From Eledone cirrhosa (Eukaryota): a stretch of 64,000 nucleotides of DNA. Under the pieces are notes generated by a model, which worked only from the letters and a program-made list of their open reading frames with translations, did no database searches and was not told the origin of the DNA. Location: the NCBI GenBank assembly GCA_964016885.1, contig OZ024756.1, positions 7,440,001-7,504,000 on the forward strand, written 5' to 3'. The position numbers and the translations under genes are program-made. The first letter of the stretch is position 1. Every line of letters starts with the position of its first letter. Shown in pieces: positions 11,801 to 23,507 of the stretch.

Positions 11801-14800
11801 CTCTACCATTCTATCTGACGTTCTAACCACTTTGTCATTCTATCTGACGTTCTAACCACTCTACGATTCTATCTGACGTTCTAACCGCTCTTCCATTCTA
11901 TCTGACGTCCTAACCACTCTACCATTCTATCCAACGTTCTAACCACCCTACCATTCTATCTGACGTTCTAATCACTCTACCGTTCTATCTGACGTTCTAA
12001 CCACTCTACCATTCTATCTGATGTTCTAACCACTCTACCATTCTATCTGACGTTCTAATCACTCTACCGTTCTATCTGACGTTCTAACCACTCTGCCATT
12101 CTATCTGATGTTCTAACCACTCTACCGTTCTATCTGACGTTCTAACCACTCTACCATTGTATCTGATGTTCTAACCACTCTACCATTCTATCTGACGTTC
12201 TAACCACTCTACCATTCTATCTGATGTTTTAATCACTCTACCATTCTATCTGACGTTCTAACCACTCTACCATTCTATCTGATGTTCCAACCACTCTACC
12301 GTTCTATCTGACGTTCTAACCACTCTACCATTCTATCTGACGTTCTAACCACCCTACCATTCTATCCGACGTTCTAACGACTACCATTCTATGTGACTTT
12401 CTAACGACTCTACCGTTCTATCTGACGTTCTAACCACTCTACCATTCTATCCAACGTTCTAACCACTCTACTATTCTATCTGACGTTCAAACCACTCTAT
12501 CATTCTATCCGACGTTCTAGCGACTACCATTCTATCTGACTTTCTAACGACTCTACCGTTCTATCTGACGTTCTAACCAGCCTACCATTCTATCTGACGT
12601 TCAAGCCACTCTACCATTCTATCTGACGTTCTAACGACTCTACCATTCCATCTGACGTTCTAACAACTCTACCATTTCATCTGACGTTCTAACCACCCTA
12701 CCATTATATCCAACGTTCTAACCACTCTACCATTCCATCTGACGTTCTAACCACTCTACCATTCTATCTGACGTTCTAACCACTCTACCATTCTATCTGA
12801 CGTTCTACCCACCATACCATTCTATCTGACGTTCTAACGACTCTACCATTCTATCTGACGTTCTAACCACTCTGTCATTCTATCTGACGTTCTAACCACT
12901 CTACCATTCTATCTGACGTCCTAACCATTCTACTGTTTTATCTGACGTTCTAACGACTCTACCGTTCTATCTGACGTTCTAACCACTCTACCATTCTATC
13001 TGATGTTCTAACCACTCTACCATTCTATCTGATGTTCTAATCACCCTACCGTTCTATCTGACGTTCTAACCACTCTACCATTCTATCTGATGTTCTAACC
13101 ACTCTACCGTTCTATCTGACGTTCTAACCACTCTACCATTCTATCTGATGTTCTAACAATTCTACCATTCTATCAGACGTTCTAATCACTCAACCATTCT
13201 ATCAGACGTTCTAACCACTATACCATTCTATCTGACATTCAAACCACCCTACCATTCTATCTGAATTCCTAAGCACTCTACCGTTCTATCTGACGTTCTA
13301 ACCACTCTACCATTCTATCTGACGTTCTAACCACTCTACCATTCTATCTGACGTTCTAACCACCCTACCATTCTATCTGACGTTCTAACCACCCTACCAT
13401 TGTATCAGCCGTTCTAACCACTCTACCATTCTATCAGACGTTCTAACCACTCTACCATTCTATCCAACTTTCTAACCACTCTACCATTCTATCAGACGTT
13501 CTAACCACTCTACCATTCTATCTGATGTTCCAACCACTCTACCGTTCTATCTGACGTTCTAACCACCCTACCATTCTATCCGACGTTCTAACCACCCTAC
13601 CATTCTATCTGACGTTCTAACCACCCTACCATTCTATCCAACGTCCTAACCACCCTACCATTCTATTCAACGTTCTAACCACCCTACCATTCTATATGAC
13701 GTTCTAACCACTCTACCATTCTATCTCACGTTCTAACCACTCTACCATTCTATCTGATGTTCTAACCACTCTACCGTTTTATCTGACGTTCTAACCACTC
13801 TACCGTTCTATCTGACGTTCTAACCACTCTACCATTCTATCTGAAGTTCAAACCACTCTACCGTTCCATCTGACGTTCTAACGACTCTACCATTCTATCT
13901 GAAGTTCTAACCACTCTACCGTTCTATCTGACGTTCTAACCACTCTACCATTCTATCTGACGTTATAACCACTCTACCATTCTATCCGACGTTCTAACCA
14001 CTCAACCATCTATCTGACGTTCTAACCACTCTACCATTCTATCCAACGTTCTAACCACTCTACCATTCTATCTGACGTTCTAACCACTCTACCATTCTAC
14101 CTGACGTTCTAACCACTCTACCATCTATCTGACGTTCTAACCACTCTACCATTCTATCTGATGTTCTAATCACTCTACCATTCTATCTGACGTTCTAACC
14201 ACTCTACCATTCTATCTGATGTTCCAACCACTCTACCGTTCTATCTGACGTTCTAACCACTCTACCATTCTATCTGACGTTCTAACCACTCTACCATTCT
14301 ATCCAACGTTCTAACCACTCTACCATTCTATCTGACGTTCAAACCACTCTATCATTCTATCCGACGTTCTAACGACTACCATTCTATCTGACTTTCTAAC
14401 GACTCTACCGTTCTATCTGACGTTCTAACCAGCCTACCATTCTATCTGACGTTCAAGCCACTCTACCATTCTATCTGACGTTCTAACGACTCTACCATTC
14501 CATCTGACGTTCTAACAACTCTACCATTCCATCTGACGTTCTAACCACCCTACCATTATATCCAACGTTCTAACCACTCTACCATTCCATCTGACGTTCT
14601 AACCACTCTACCATTCTATCTGACGTTCTAACCACTCTACCATTCTATCTGACGTTCTACCCACCATACCATTCTATCTGACGTTCTAACGACTCTACCA
14701 TTCTATCTGACGTTCTAACCACTCTGTCATTCTATCTGACGTTCTAACCACTCTACCATTCTATCTGACGTCCTAACCATTCTACTGTTTTATCTGACGT

Positions 14801-17800
14801 TCTAACCACTCTACCGTTCTATCTGACGTTCTAACCACTCTACCATTCTATCTGATGTTCTAACCACTCTACCATTCTATCTGATGTTCTAATCACTCTA
14901 CCGTTCTATCTGACGTTCTAACCACTCTACCATTCTATCTGATGTTCTAACCACTCTACCGTTCTATCTGACGTTCTAACCACTCTACCATTCTATCTGA
15001 TGTTCTAACAATTCTACCATTCTATCAGACGTTCTAATCACTCTACCATTCTATCAGACGTTCTAACCACTCTACCATTCTATCTGACATTCAAACCACC
15101 CTACCATTCCATCTGACGTCCTAAGCACTCTACCGTTCTATCTGACGTTCTAACCACTCTACCATTCTATCTGACGTTCTAACCACTCTACCATTCTATC
15201 TGACGTTCTAACCACCATACCATTCTATCTGACGTTCTAACGACTCTACCATTCTATCTGACGTTCTAACCACTCTGTCATTCTATCTGACGTTCTAACC
15301 ACTCTACCATTCTATCTGACGTTCTAACCACTCTACCATTCTATCTGACGTCCTAACCACTCTACCATTCTATCCAACGTTCTAACCACCCTACCATTCT
15401 ATTTGACGTTCTAATCACTCTACCGTTCTATCTGACGTTCTAACCACTCTACCATTCTATCTGAAGTTCAAACCACTCTACCGTTCCATCTGACGTTCTA
15501 ACGACTCTACCATTCTATCTGAAGTTCTAACCACTCTACCGTTCTATCTGACGTTCTAACCACTCTACCATTCTATCTGACGTTATAACCACTCTACCAT
15601 TCTATCCGACGTTCTAACCACTCAACCATCTATCTGACGTTCTAACCACTCTACCATTCTATCCAACGTTCTAACCACTCTACCATTCTATCTGACGTTC
15701 TAACCACTCTACCATTCTACCTGACGTTCTAACCACTCTACCATCTATCTGACGTTCTAACCACTCTACCATTCTATCTGATGTTCTAATCACTCTACCA
15801 TTCTATCTGACGTTCTAACCACTCTACCATTCTATCTGATGTTCCAACCACTCTACCGTTCTATCTGACGTTCTAACCACTCTACCATTCTATCTGACGT
15901 TCTAACGACTACCATTCTATGTGACTTTCTAACGACTCTACCGTTCTAGCTGACGTTCTAACCACTCTACCATTCTATCCAACGTTCTAACCACTCTACC
16001 ATTCTATCTGACGTTCAAACCACTCTATCATTCTATCCGACGTTCTAACGACTACCATTCTATCTGACTTTCTAACGACTCTACCGTTCTATCTGACGTT
16101 CTAACCAGCCTACCATTCTATCTGACGTTCAAGCCACTCTACCATTCTATCTGACGTTCTAACGACTCTACCATTCCATCTGACGTTCTAACAACTCTAC
16201 CATTCCATCTGACGTTCTAACCACCCTACCATTATATCCAACGTTCTAACCACTCTACCATTCCATCTGACGTTCTAACCACTCTACCATTCTATCTGAC
16301 GTTCTAACCACTCTGTCATTCTATCTGACGTTCTAACCACTCTACCATTCTATCTGACGTCCTAACCATTCTACTGTTTTATCTGACGTTCTAACCACTC
16401 TACCGTTCTATCTGACGTTCTAACCACTCTACCATTCTATCTGATGTTCTAACCACTCTACCATTCTATCTGATGTTCTAATCACTCTACCGTTCTATCT
16501 GACGTTCTAACCACTCTACCATTCTATCTGATGTTCTAACCACTCTACCGTTCTATCTGACGTTCTAACCACTCTACCATTCTATCTGATGTTCTAACAA
16601 TTCTACCATTCTATCAGACGTTCTAATCACTCTACCATTCTATCAGACGTTCTAACCACTCTACCATTCTATCTGACATTCAAACCACCCTACCATTCCA
16701 TCTGACGGCCTAAGCACTCTACCATCTATCTGACGTTCTAACCACTCTACCATTCTATCTGACGTTCTAACCACTCTACCATTCTATCTGACGTTCTAAC
16801 CACCATACCATTCTATCTGACGTTCTAACGACTCTACCATTCTATCTGACGTTCTAACCACTCTGTCATTCTATCTGACGTTCTAACCACCCTACCATTC
16901 TATCTGACGTTCTAACCACTCTACCATTCTATCCAACGTTCTAACCACCCTACCATTCTATTTGACGTTCTAATCACTCTACCGTTCTATCTGACGTTCT
17001 AACCACTCTACCATTCTATCTGATGTTCTAACCACTCTACCATTCTATCTGACGTTCTAATCACTCTACCGTTCTATCTGACGTTCTAACCACTCTACCA
17101 TTCTATCTGATGTTCTAACCACTCTACCGTTCTATCTGACGTTCTAACCACTCTACCATTGTATCTGATGTTCTAACCACTCTACCATTCTATCTGACGT
17201 ACTAACCACTCTACCATTCTATCTGATGTTCTAATCACTCTACCATTCTATCTGACGTTCTAACCACTCTACCATTCTATCTGATGTTCCAACCACTCTA
17301 CCGTTCTATCTGACGTTCTAACCACTCTACCATTCTATCTGACGTTCTAACCACCCTACCATTCTATCCGACGTTCTAACGACTACCATTCTATGTGACT
17401 TTCTAACGACTCTACCGTTTTATCTGACGTTCTAACCACTCTACCATTCTATCCAACGTTCTAACCACTCTACCATTCTATCTGACGTTCAAACCACTCT
17501 ATCATTCTATCCGACGTTCTAACGACTACCATTCTATCTGACTTTCTAACGACTCTACCGTTCTATCTGACGTTCTAACCACCCTACCATTCTATCTGAC
17601 GTTCTAACCACCCTACCATTCTATCCGACGTTCTAACGACTACCATTCTATCTGATGTTCCAACCACTCTACCGTTCTATCTGACGTTCTAACCACCCTA
17701 CCATTCTATCCGACGTTCTAACCACCCTACCATTCTATCTGACGTTCTAACCACCCTACCATTCTATCCAACGTCCTACCCACCCTACCATTCTATTCAA

Positions 17801-18300
17801 CGTTCTAACCACCCTACCATTCTATATGACGTTCTAACCACTCTACCATTCTATCTCACGTTCTAACCACTCTACCATTCTATCTGATGTTCTAACCACT
17901 CTACCGTTTTATCTGACGTTCTAACCACTCTACCGTTCTATCTGACGTTCTAACCACTCTACCATTCTATCTGAAGTTCAAACCACTCTACCGTTCCATC
18001 TGACGTTCTAACGACTCTACCATTCTATCTGAAGTTCTAACCACTCTACCGTTCTATCTGACGTTCTAACCACTCTACCATTCTATCTGACGTTATAACC
18101 ACTCTACTATTCTATCCGACGTTCTAACCACTCAACCATCTATCTGACGTTCTAACCACTCTACCATTCTATCCAACGTTCTAACCACTCTACCATTCTA
18201 TCTGGCGTTCTAACCACTCTACCATTCTACCTGACGTTCTAACCACTCTACCATCTATCTGACGTTCTAACCACTCTACCATTCGATCTGATGTTCTAAT
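5817..18300 (-). repeat. 29-bp satellite (~430 copies) derived from the SINE A-box segment; consensus (-) TGGTAGAGTGGTTAGAACGTCAGATAGAA
   Basis: Period 29 (tctaacc at 5821 and 5850). The unit resembles the SINE head tggcagaatcgatagagcgtcgggaatca seen at ~21762-21790. Higher-order duplications are present. Confidence 0.97.
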
Positions 18301-18320
18301 GACTCTGAAAATTCGCCGCT
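18293..18320 (-). mobile_element. SINE 5' tip closing the 29-bp array
   Basis: Reverse complement agcggcgaattttcagagtcattagaac resembles the SINE start ggcggcgaattggcagaatcgatagagc at 21752. Confidence 0.75.
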
Positions 18321-18346
18321 TATATCCACATGTACATAAATTTATA

Positions 18347-18408
18347 TAAAGTCAAAGTTGAACACGGCGGTATTTGAATGTTCTAATGACTCTACCAATT
18401 CGCCCCCT
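18347..18408 (-). mobile_element. Internally deleted SINE remnant (A box joined to partial B box)
   Basis: Reverse complement ggggcgaattggtagagtcattagaaca-ttcaaataccgccgtgttcaactttgac. Confidence 0.7.
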
Positions 18409-18686
18409 AGATAACAAAATATATATTTTATTTTATTTGACCTTAAGTCCATGTTATAAATCAATATTTTTGGTGGTAGTAAAGGTGATTTAATTGAAAA
18501 ATATGTCGTCGAAATGCCTGGGCGAAATAATGAAAGAAACGCTGTGGGGAGAAAACGTAAGTTTGTTCTAATCAACTGTATTATTACCAAAGTTATGTTT
18601 ACATATTTACAGAGTTCTGGGATTGGAAAATTGGGATTGACAAATATGGTAAACTATAAAATAATGACAAAAGGCGCATTGAGTTA

Positions 18687-18934
18687 TGTTGTTTGTTGTT
18701 GTTGTTGATGATGTTGTTGTTGTTGTTGCTGATGTTGCTGTTGTTGATGTTGTTTGTTGTTGATGTATTTGTTGTTGTTGTTGGTGGTGGTAGTGGTGTC
18801 GTTGCTGTTGTTGTTGTTTCTGCTGTTGTTGTTGCTGCTGTTGTTGTTGTTGTTGTTGTTAGATATGTTAGAGTTATAAATAAATACCATTCTGTTGTTG
18901 TTGTTGTTGTTGTTACAACAACCATGGTTGCTGC

Positions 18935-18966
<32 letters not shown>

Positions 18967-19035
18967 TTGTTACAACAACCATGGTTGTTACAACAACCAT
19001 GGTTGTTGTTGTTGTTGTTGTTTTTACAACCAACA
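18687..19035. repeat. (GTT)n trinucleotide repeat region
   Basis: gttgtt runs with gct/gat variants. Source of the poly-V/T/N/Q ORFs. Confidence 0.93.
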
Positions 19036-19175
19036 TGGTCGCCATTGTAGAAATGGTTCTAATCAAAATTTCTTTCCTTTTCATTATTTTTCCTCATTTT
19101 TCCAGGTCTTTTTTATTTCATTTCTCTATTCTTTTCTTACATTACATTGTTTTTCTTTTTCATTTCTTTCTACGT

Positions 19176-19400
19176 CGCTCTCCCCCCCCCCTATCTCTCT
19201 CCCTCCTTCCCTCTTCTCTCTCCCTCCCTCCTTCCTCTTCCTCTTTCTTCCGCCTTCCCTTCTCTCTCTCCCTCTCTCTTTCTTTTACTCCCTCTCTCTC
19301 TCCCTCCTTCCCTTCTTCGCTATCTCTTCCGCTACTCTCCCCTCTCTCTTCCCACCCCACCCCTCCCCTCCTCTCCCCCTTCCCCCCTCTCTTCTTTCGC
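19176..19400. repeat. Polypyrimidine (CT-rich) low-complexity tract
   Basis: Almost only C/T on the + strand. Confidence 0.9.
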
Positions 19401-19755
19401 CTGGAAGTCATCAGTTCCTCCCAGCCCTAATTATTAATAAATATTCTCCGATTCTCTCTCAGACAATCAGTCTCAGGTCCGTTGTAAACTATTAAGAGTT
19501 GTAATTGACCTAGACAGTTGTCAACGAGGTCGTGTCGTTGTTGACCAGAGGTCCTTAAAGTGGGCACTAACCCCACAGCGTGGGGGGGGGGGGGGATTTG
19601 AAAAGGTCCAGGGCACAGTGTGGTCTAAGGTGGTGGTAGAGATGACATAATAGTATATTAAATATCAAATGATACATTTATATATATATAGTAAAATATA
19701 AAATATATAATATTTATTAATACATAGTATATATTATATTATTTATCAACCAAAT

Positions 19756-19840
19756 TGGCCTTTCATCCTTACGGGGTCGATAAAATAAAGTACCAGTAAT
19801 GCACTGGGTAATTGCTGGCCTTGTGCCTAACGTAGAAACA
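19756..19840 (+). mobile_element. 5'-truncated SINE with target-site duplication
   Basis: gcctttcatccttacggggtcgataaa...gtagaaaca, flanked by attatttatcaaccaaat / attatttatcaaacaaat (18 bp, 1 mismatch). Confidence 0.85.
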
Positions 19841-19920
19841 ATTATTTATCAAACAAATAGTTTATCGCTTTACATAGCCTAATACAATAAATGTAATTTG
19901 AGCTTTTCGAATATTAATAA

Positions 19921-20093
19921 TTGTTTCTACTTTTGGCACAAGGCCAGCAATTATCCCAGTACATTACTGGTACTTTATTTTATCGACCCGTAAGGATGAA
20001 AGGTAAAGTTTACCTCGGCGGGATTTGAACTCAGACCGCGAAGGGACGTAACTGTGCTGGAAAACATGGCGTCCGACTTTCTACCGATAGTGC
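19921..20093 (-). mobile_element. SINE inserted into the left arm of the foldback element
   Basis: Same family motifs: ttgtttctacttttggcacaaggccagc...tcgacccgtaaggatgaaagg...gggatttgaactcag. Confidence 0.88.
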
Positions 20094-20240
20094 TCGATTC
20101 CTTTACAATTATGCAAACGGCCCCTTTAACTCTTTAAGGCCATGTCAGTAGGATGACCCCATCATTCTTTCTGTTTTGTCGATATTTTTTTAAATATCAT
20201 ATATTTTCACTAGCTCTGACAGATGGCAGGTGAGCAGTAT

Positions 20241-20287
20241 ACTCCACTGATGAAGGGTAATCACCCAGAAACATTTGTGTCTGAAGT
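20241..20287 (+). ncRNA. Type I minimal hammerhead ribozyme motif
   Basis: actcca CTGATGA a gggt-aatc-accc a GAAA ca-tttg-tgt C tgaagt: conserved core, stem II, short stem III, GUC cleavage triplet (C20281), stem I actcca/tgaagt with 1 mismatch. Confidence 0.75.
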
Positions 20288-20431
20288 TCTGTTTACATGC
20301 CAACACAAGAACAAGAATGAGGGTGTCATTCGACTGACATGGCTTAAAAGAGGCTGTTTGCATAATTGCAAATGAATCTAATATTATTATTAATAGTCGA
20401 AAAACTCAGATTACATTATATTATTTATTAT

Positions 20432-20612
20432 GGTGGATTGGCAGTATCGGTAGAGGGTTGGACGCCATGCTTTCTAGCATAGTTACGTCCCTTTATAGTC
20501 TGAGTTCAAATCCCGCCGAGGTTGACTTTGTCTTTCATTCTTATGGGGTCGATAAAATAAAGTACCAATAATGCACTGGGTAATTGCTGGCCTTGTTCCA
20601 AAAGTAGAAACA
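20432..20612 (+). mobile_element. tRNA-derived SINE, near full length
   Basis: ggtggattggcagtatcggtagag (A-box-like), gagttcaaatccc (B box), core and gtagaaacaa tail. Apparent TSD attatttattat, whose right copy is split by the Helitron. Confidence 0.9.
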
Positions 20613-20620
20613 ATTATTTA

Positions 20621-21404
20621 TCTATATATATAAAACAGAGGATGTCTGTGTGTCTGTTTCCCTAAAACTCGAGAAGTACCCAACCGGTTTTTTTCAAACT
20701 TTAGACATGTAACTCATATGACCCCGGAAGTGTTTTGAGCAAAATAATTTTCAAATTTTCAATGCCCTATGGACCGCATTAGGCAATTAGCGATCTCTTT
20801 CTCTTTCTCTTAGTCTTTCTCTTTTTAGATAGATACATAGATATGACGTCGCGCCTTCATAATATCTGTCTGTATGCCTGGTTGTCTGCATACGTCATTA
20901 TGACGCGATCAGTGTGTGTGTATATATATTCTTATGCCAGGGAACGTCTTCACGAACCAAAGTATCGTCTTCCTGTTTTCCAGATTGATTTTTTTAGTTT
21001 CAGAAGATCCCGTTAAGGTTGAAAGCAGCGATTCTTTGCTTAAACATTAATATGTTATTTTAATATAGATATTCGTGTACAGATATTTTTGCACACACAA
21101 AAACTAAATATAAACAAACAAGGCCAAAGATTACATCAATTAGTCTTAGTGTATGTACTTCATACTGCTTTTAGGTAGAATATCCCGTTAAGGGTGAAAG
21201 CAGTGATTCTTTGCTTAAACTTTAGTCTGTTATTTTAATATATATATATATATAATTATATATTTATGGACAGATATTTTTGCATACACAATAACAAAAT
21301 ATAAACAAACGTATTTATTTCATGAGGTTCGATAAGGATAAATATATATCAAATATATAAGAACCCTATAGCAAATCCCGAACAACGCCGGGCCATTCTG
21401 CTAG
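20621..21404 (+). mobile_element. Non-autonomous Helitron (~784 bp)
   Basis: Starts TC(TATATATA) after an A, followed by tgtctg microrepeats; ends with hairpin cccg-aacaacgc-cggg then CTAG followed by T; no TSD. Contains an internal diverged duplication at ~21007-21120 and ~21182-21310. Confidence 0.85.
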
Positions 21405-21751
21405 TTATATATAAATTAACGACTTTATTTATGATATATTATTTACAATTCGTGTGTAGGGGTAGGTCTTTGGAAATAGGCTTGGGGGTGTTGAGGGTAA
21501 TATGTGGCCGTAGTGGGGGGGGGGGGTGACCCCAAACGTTTGAGAAGCTCTGTTGTATACTATTAATAGTTAGATATAAAATAAGCAGTCAACAATCTCT
21601 ATATCTTTACTCAGTTATATAAACATAGAGGAGTGTCATTCTTATTCAGAGAAAGAGACTAGATACGGTCAGAAATAGTCAGAGATTGGTGGGCAGCTTT
21701 ACTTAAATAATCACTGAATAAGTCGAATAAAGTACTACTAATAACATTAAT

Positions 21752-21982
21752 GGCGGCGAATTGGCAGAATCGATAGAGCGTCGGGAATCATGCTTTATGG
21801 CATAGAGTTAGGCCCCTTTACGATCTGAGGTCAAATCCTATCGAGGTTAGCTTTGCATTTCATCCTTACGGGGTCGATAAATAAAGTACCAGTAATACAC
21901 TGGGGTTGATTTAATCGATTTCCTCTCTCCCCCACCCATTAAATTGCTGGCCTTGTGCCTAAATCAGAAACCCTTATTATTA
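21752..21982 (+). mobile_element. Full-length tRNA-derived SINE (longer variant)
   Basis: ggcggcgaattggcagaatcgatagagcg head, gaggtcaaatcc B box, tttcatccttacggggtcgataaataaagtaccag core, extra ggggttgatttaatcga segment, (tta)n tail. Confidence 0.9.
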
Positions 21983-22048
21983 AGAAATACTAAGGAATTC
22001 AAAATAGAAAAACCAATTTCCATTAGCTTTTGATTTCATCACCACCGC

Positions 22049-22287
22049 TAACACCATCTGAGGACCTGTTTTAAACACGCGACGGCCTGCTTTAGACACC
22101 CGAGGACCTGCTTTAAATACCCGGTGACCTTCATTATACACCCGAGGGTCTGCGTTAAACACCCGAGGTCCTATTTTAAACACGCGAGGGCCTTCTTTAA
22201 ATGCCCGATGGCCTGATTTAAACACCAGAGGGATCTTCTTTAAACATACGAGGGCCTTCTGTAAACCCGCGAGGACCGTCTTTAAAA
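22049..22287. repeat. Diverged 21-bp minisatellite (~11 copies), consensus ttaaacacccgagggccttct
   Basis: ttaaacac recurs about every 21 nt. Explains the repetitive ORF 21980..22225. Confidence 0.85.
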
Positions 22288-22434
22288 TCGGTTTACATTA
22301 AAGGAAATTGATATTTTATTAATAGTTAATATATGTTAAATATTTCTGACCTGTTGTCTTTCCACAGGAAACAACCAAAGTTTCTTGTTTGATCCAACCC
22401 TATTTGGTATCTTCTCACTTCTCTTGACCTACAC

Positions 22435-22780
22435 CAGAAGTTCTAAAAGTGGGCGCTTCCGCCCCCGGGGGGCTTTGAGAAGGTCCAAGGGCGTTGGGGC
22501 TAATAAAGGCAATGGGGTGCAGTAGAGATGATATAATAGTATATTAAATATCAAATGATATATATTATATATAAATATAGTAAAATATAAAATATGTAAT
22601 ATTTATTTATACATAGTATATATTATATTATTTATTATATATAAATCAGCGATTTTATTTATTGTATATTATTTACAATTTGCGTGAAGGTTGGTCTCTC
22701 TGGAAATAGGGTTGGGGCTGGGGATATTACGAGGCCGTGTGTGTGTGTGGGGGGGGGGGTGAAAGGTTTAAAAACCTTTG
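22435..22780 (+). mobile_element. Intact hAT (Charlie-like) MITE, ~346 bp
   Basis: Imperfect TIRs cagaagttctaaaagt / aggtttaaaaacctttg and an 8-bp TSD acctacac / acctacaa with central TA. Confidence 0.85.
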
Positions 22781-23179
22781 ACCTACAACATCTATGATAT
22801 TAATGTACCCATGTTTTGTATCTGTGATGTAAACGTAGTTATACTCTACAAGTACCATATGCTGTAGTTTCCATTCAAACAGAGATTTCCTTATTTCATT
22901 AATTGCCCAATATTCAATATATAGTAGGAATATTGGACAATATTGAACATCTTTATAATCTGGACATTGCACCTACCGCTGGGGGCCTCATTAACCTACA
23001 TCGCTTTAATTATAATTAAAACTTTCTTCTCTACTATATTCCAAGCAAAAGAAAATATAAGACTTTAGAAAAATATTTACATAAAAATGTAACACATCCT
23101 GTTTAATGTCAGATTAATATGTATATATATATATCATTTATATATATGTGTGTGTGTATGTTTATGTGTGTAAATATGG

Positions 23180-23507
23180 TGGCACAAAGCACGCTTTGTT
23201 TAGAAACAAATAGCGAATTTGAAAATTAGGCAGTAACATGTGCTTATGCCGTATTTGATTAAATAGAATTAGTCTGTTACTTGGGATTTTAAAAAACCCT
23301 CTGAATGGAAAAAAGGATGAGTATTGACGTACTTGAGACACAAACCCACTTCTTTGGTTTGCCGGACCAATGTATTACCATTACACCAACACGCCACCCA
23401 TTCAATTAGAACCTATATAACAATAGCAGGTATATATATGTATATAAATAGGGAGACACAAAGCAGGTTTTGATTAGAAACGGCTAGCGAATTTGAAAAT
23501 TAGGTAG

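Larger units (their letters stand above)
19886..20420 (+). mobile_element. Foldback (inverted-repeat) element enclosing a hammerhead ribozyme; likely Penelope-like pLTR derivative
   Basis: Left arm 19886-19920 plus 20096-20178 (split by a SINE) is the imperfect reverse complement of 20301-20420. The loop contains the hammerhead. A direct repeat attatattatttat at 19733-19746 and 20415-20428 brackets the insertion. Confidence 0.65.
19546..21552 (+). mobile_element. hAT (Charlie-like) MITE split by nested insertions; own parts ~19546-19746 and ~21405-21552
   Basis: Termini cagaggtccttaaagt and acgtttgagaagctctg; 8-bp flanks ttgttgac/ttgtatac (6/8 match). Both halves align with the intact copy at 22435-22780. 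Confidence 0.8.

Noticed and set aside
5817-18300. Telomeric or interstitial telomeric repeat (ctaacc motif) or a CRE-site array (tgacgt)
   Set aside because: The motifs occur once per 29-mer and are explained by the SINE origin. There are no (TTAGGG)n runs and no full TGACGTCA site in the consensus.
19394-19415. ctgatga...gaaa on the minus strand as a hammerhead
   Set aside because: Stem II lacks a proper closing pair and there is no stem III or cleavage triplet.
18599-19437. Poly-Thr/Val/Gln and Ser/Pro-rich ORFs
   Set aside because: Translations of (GTT)n and CT-rich simple repeats.
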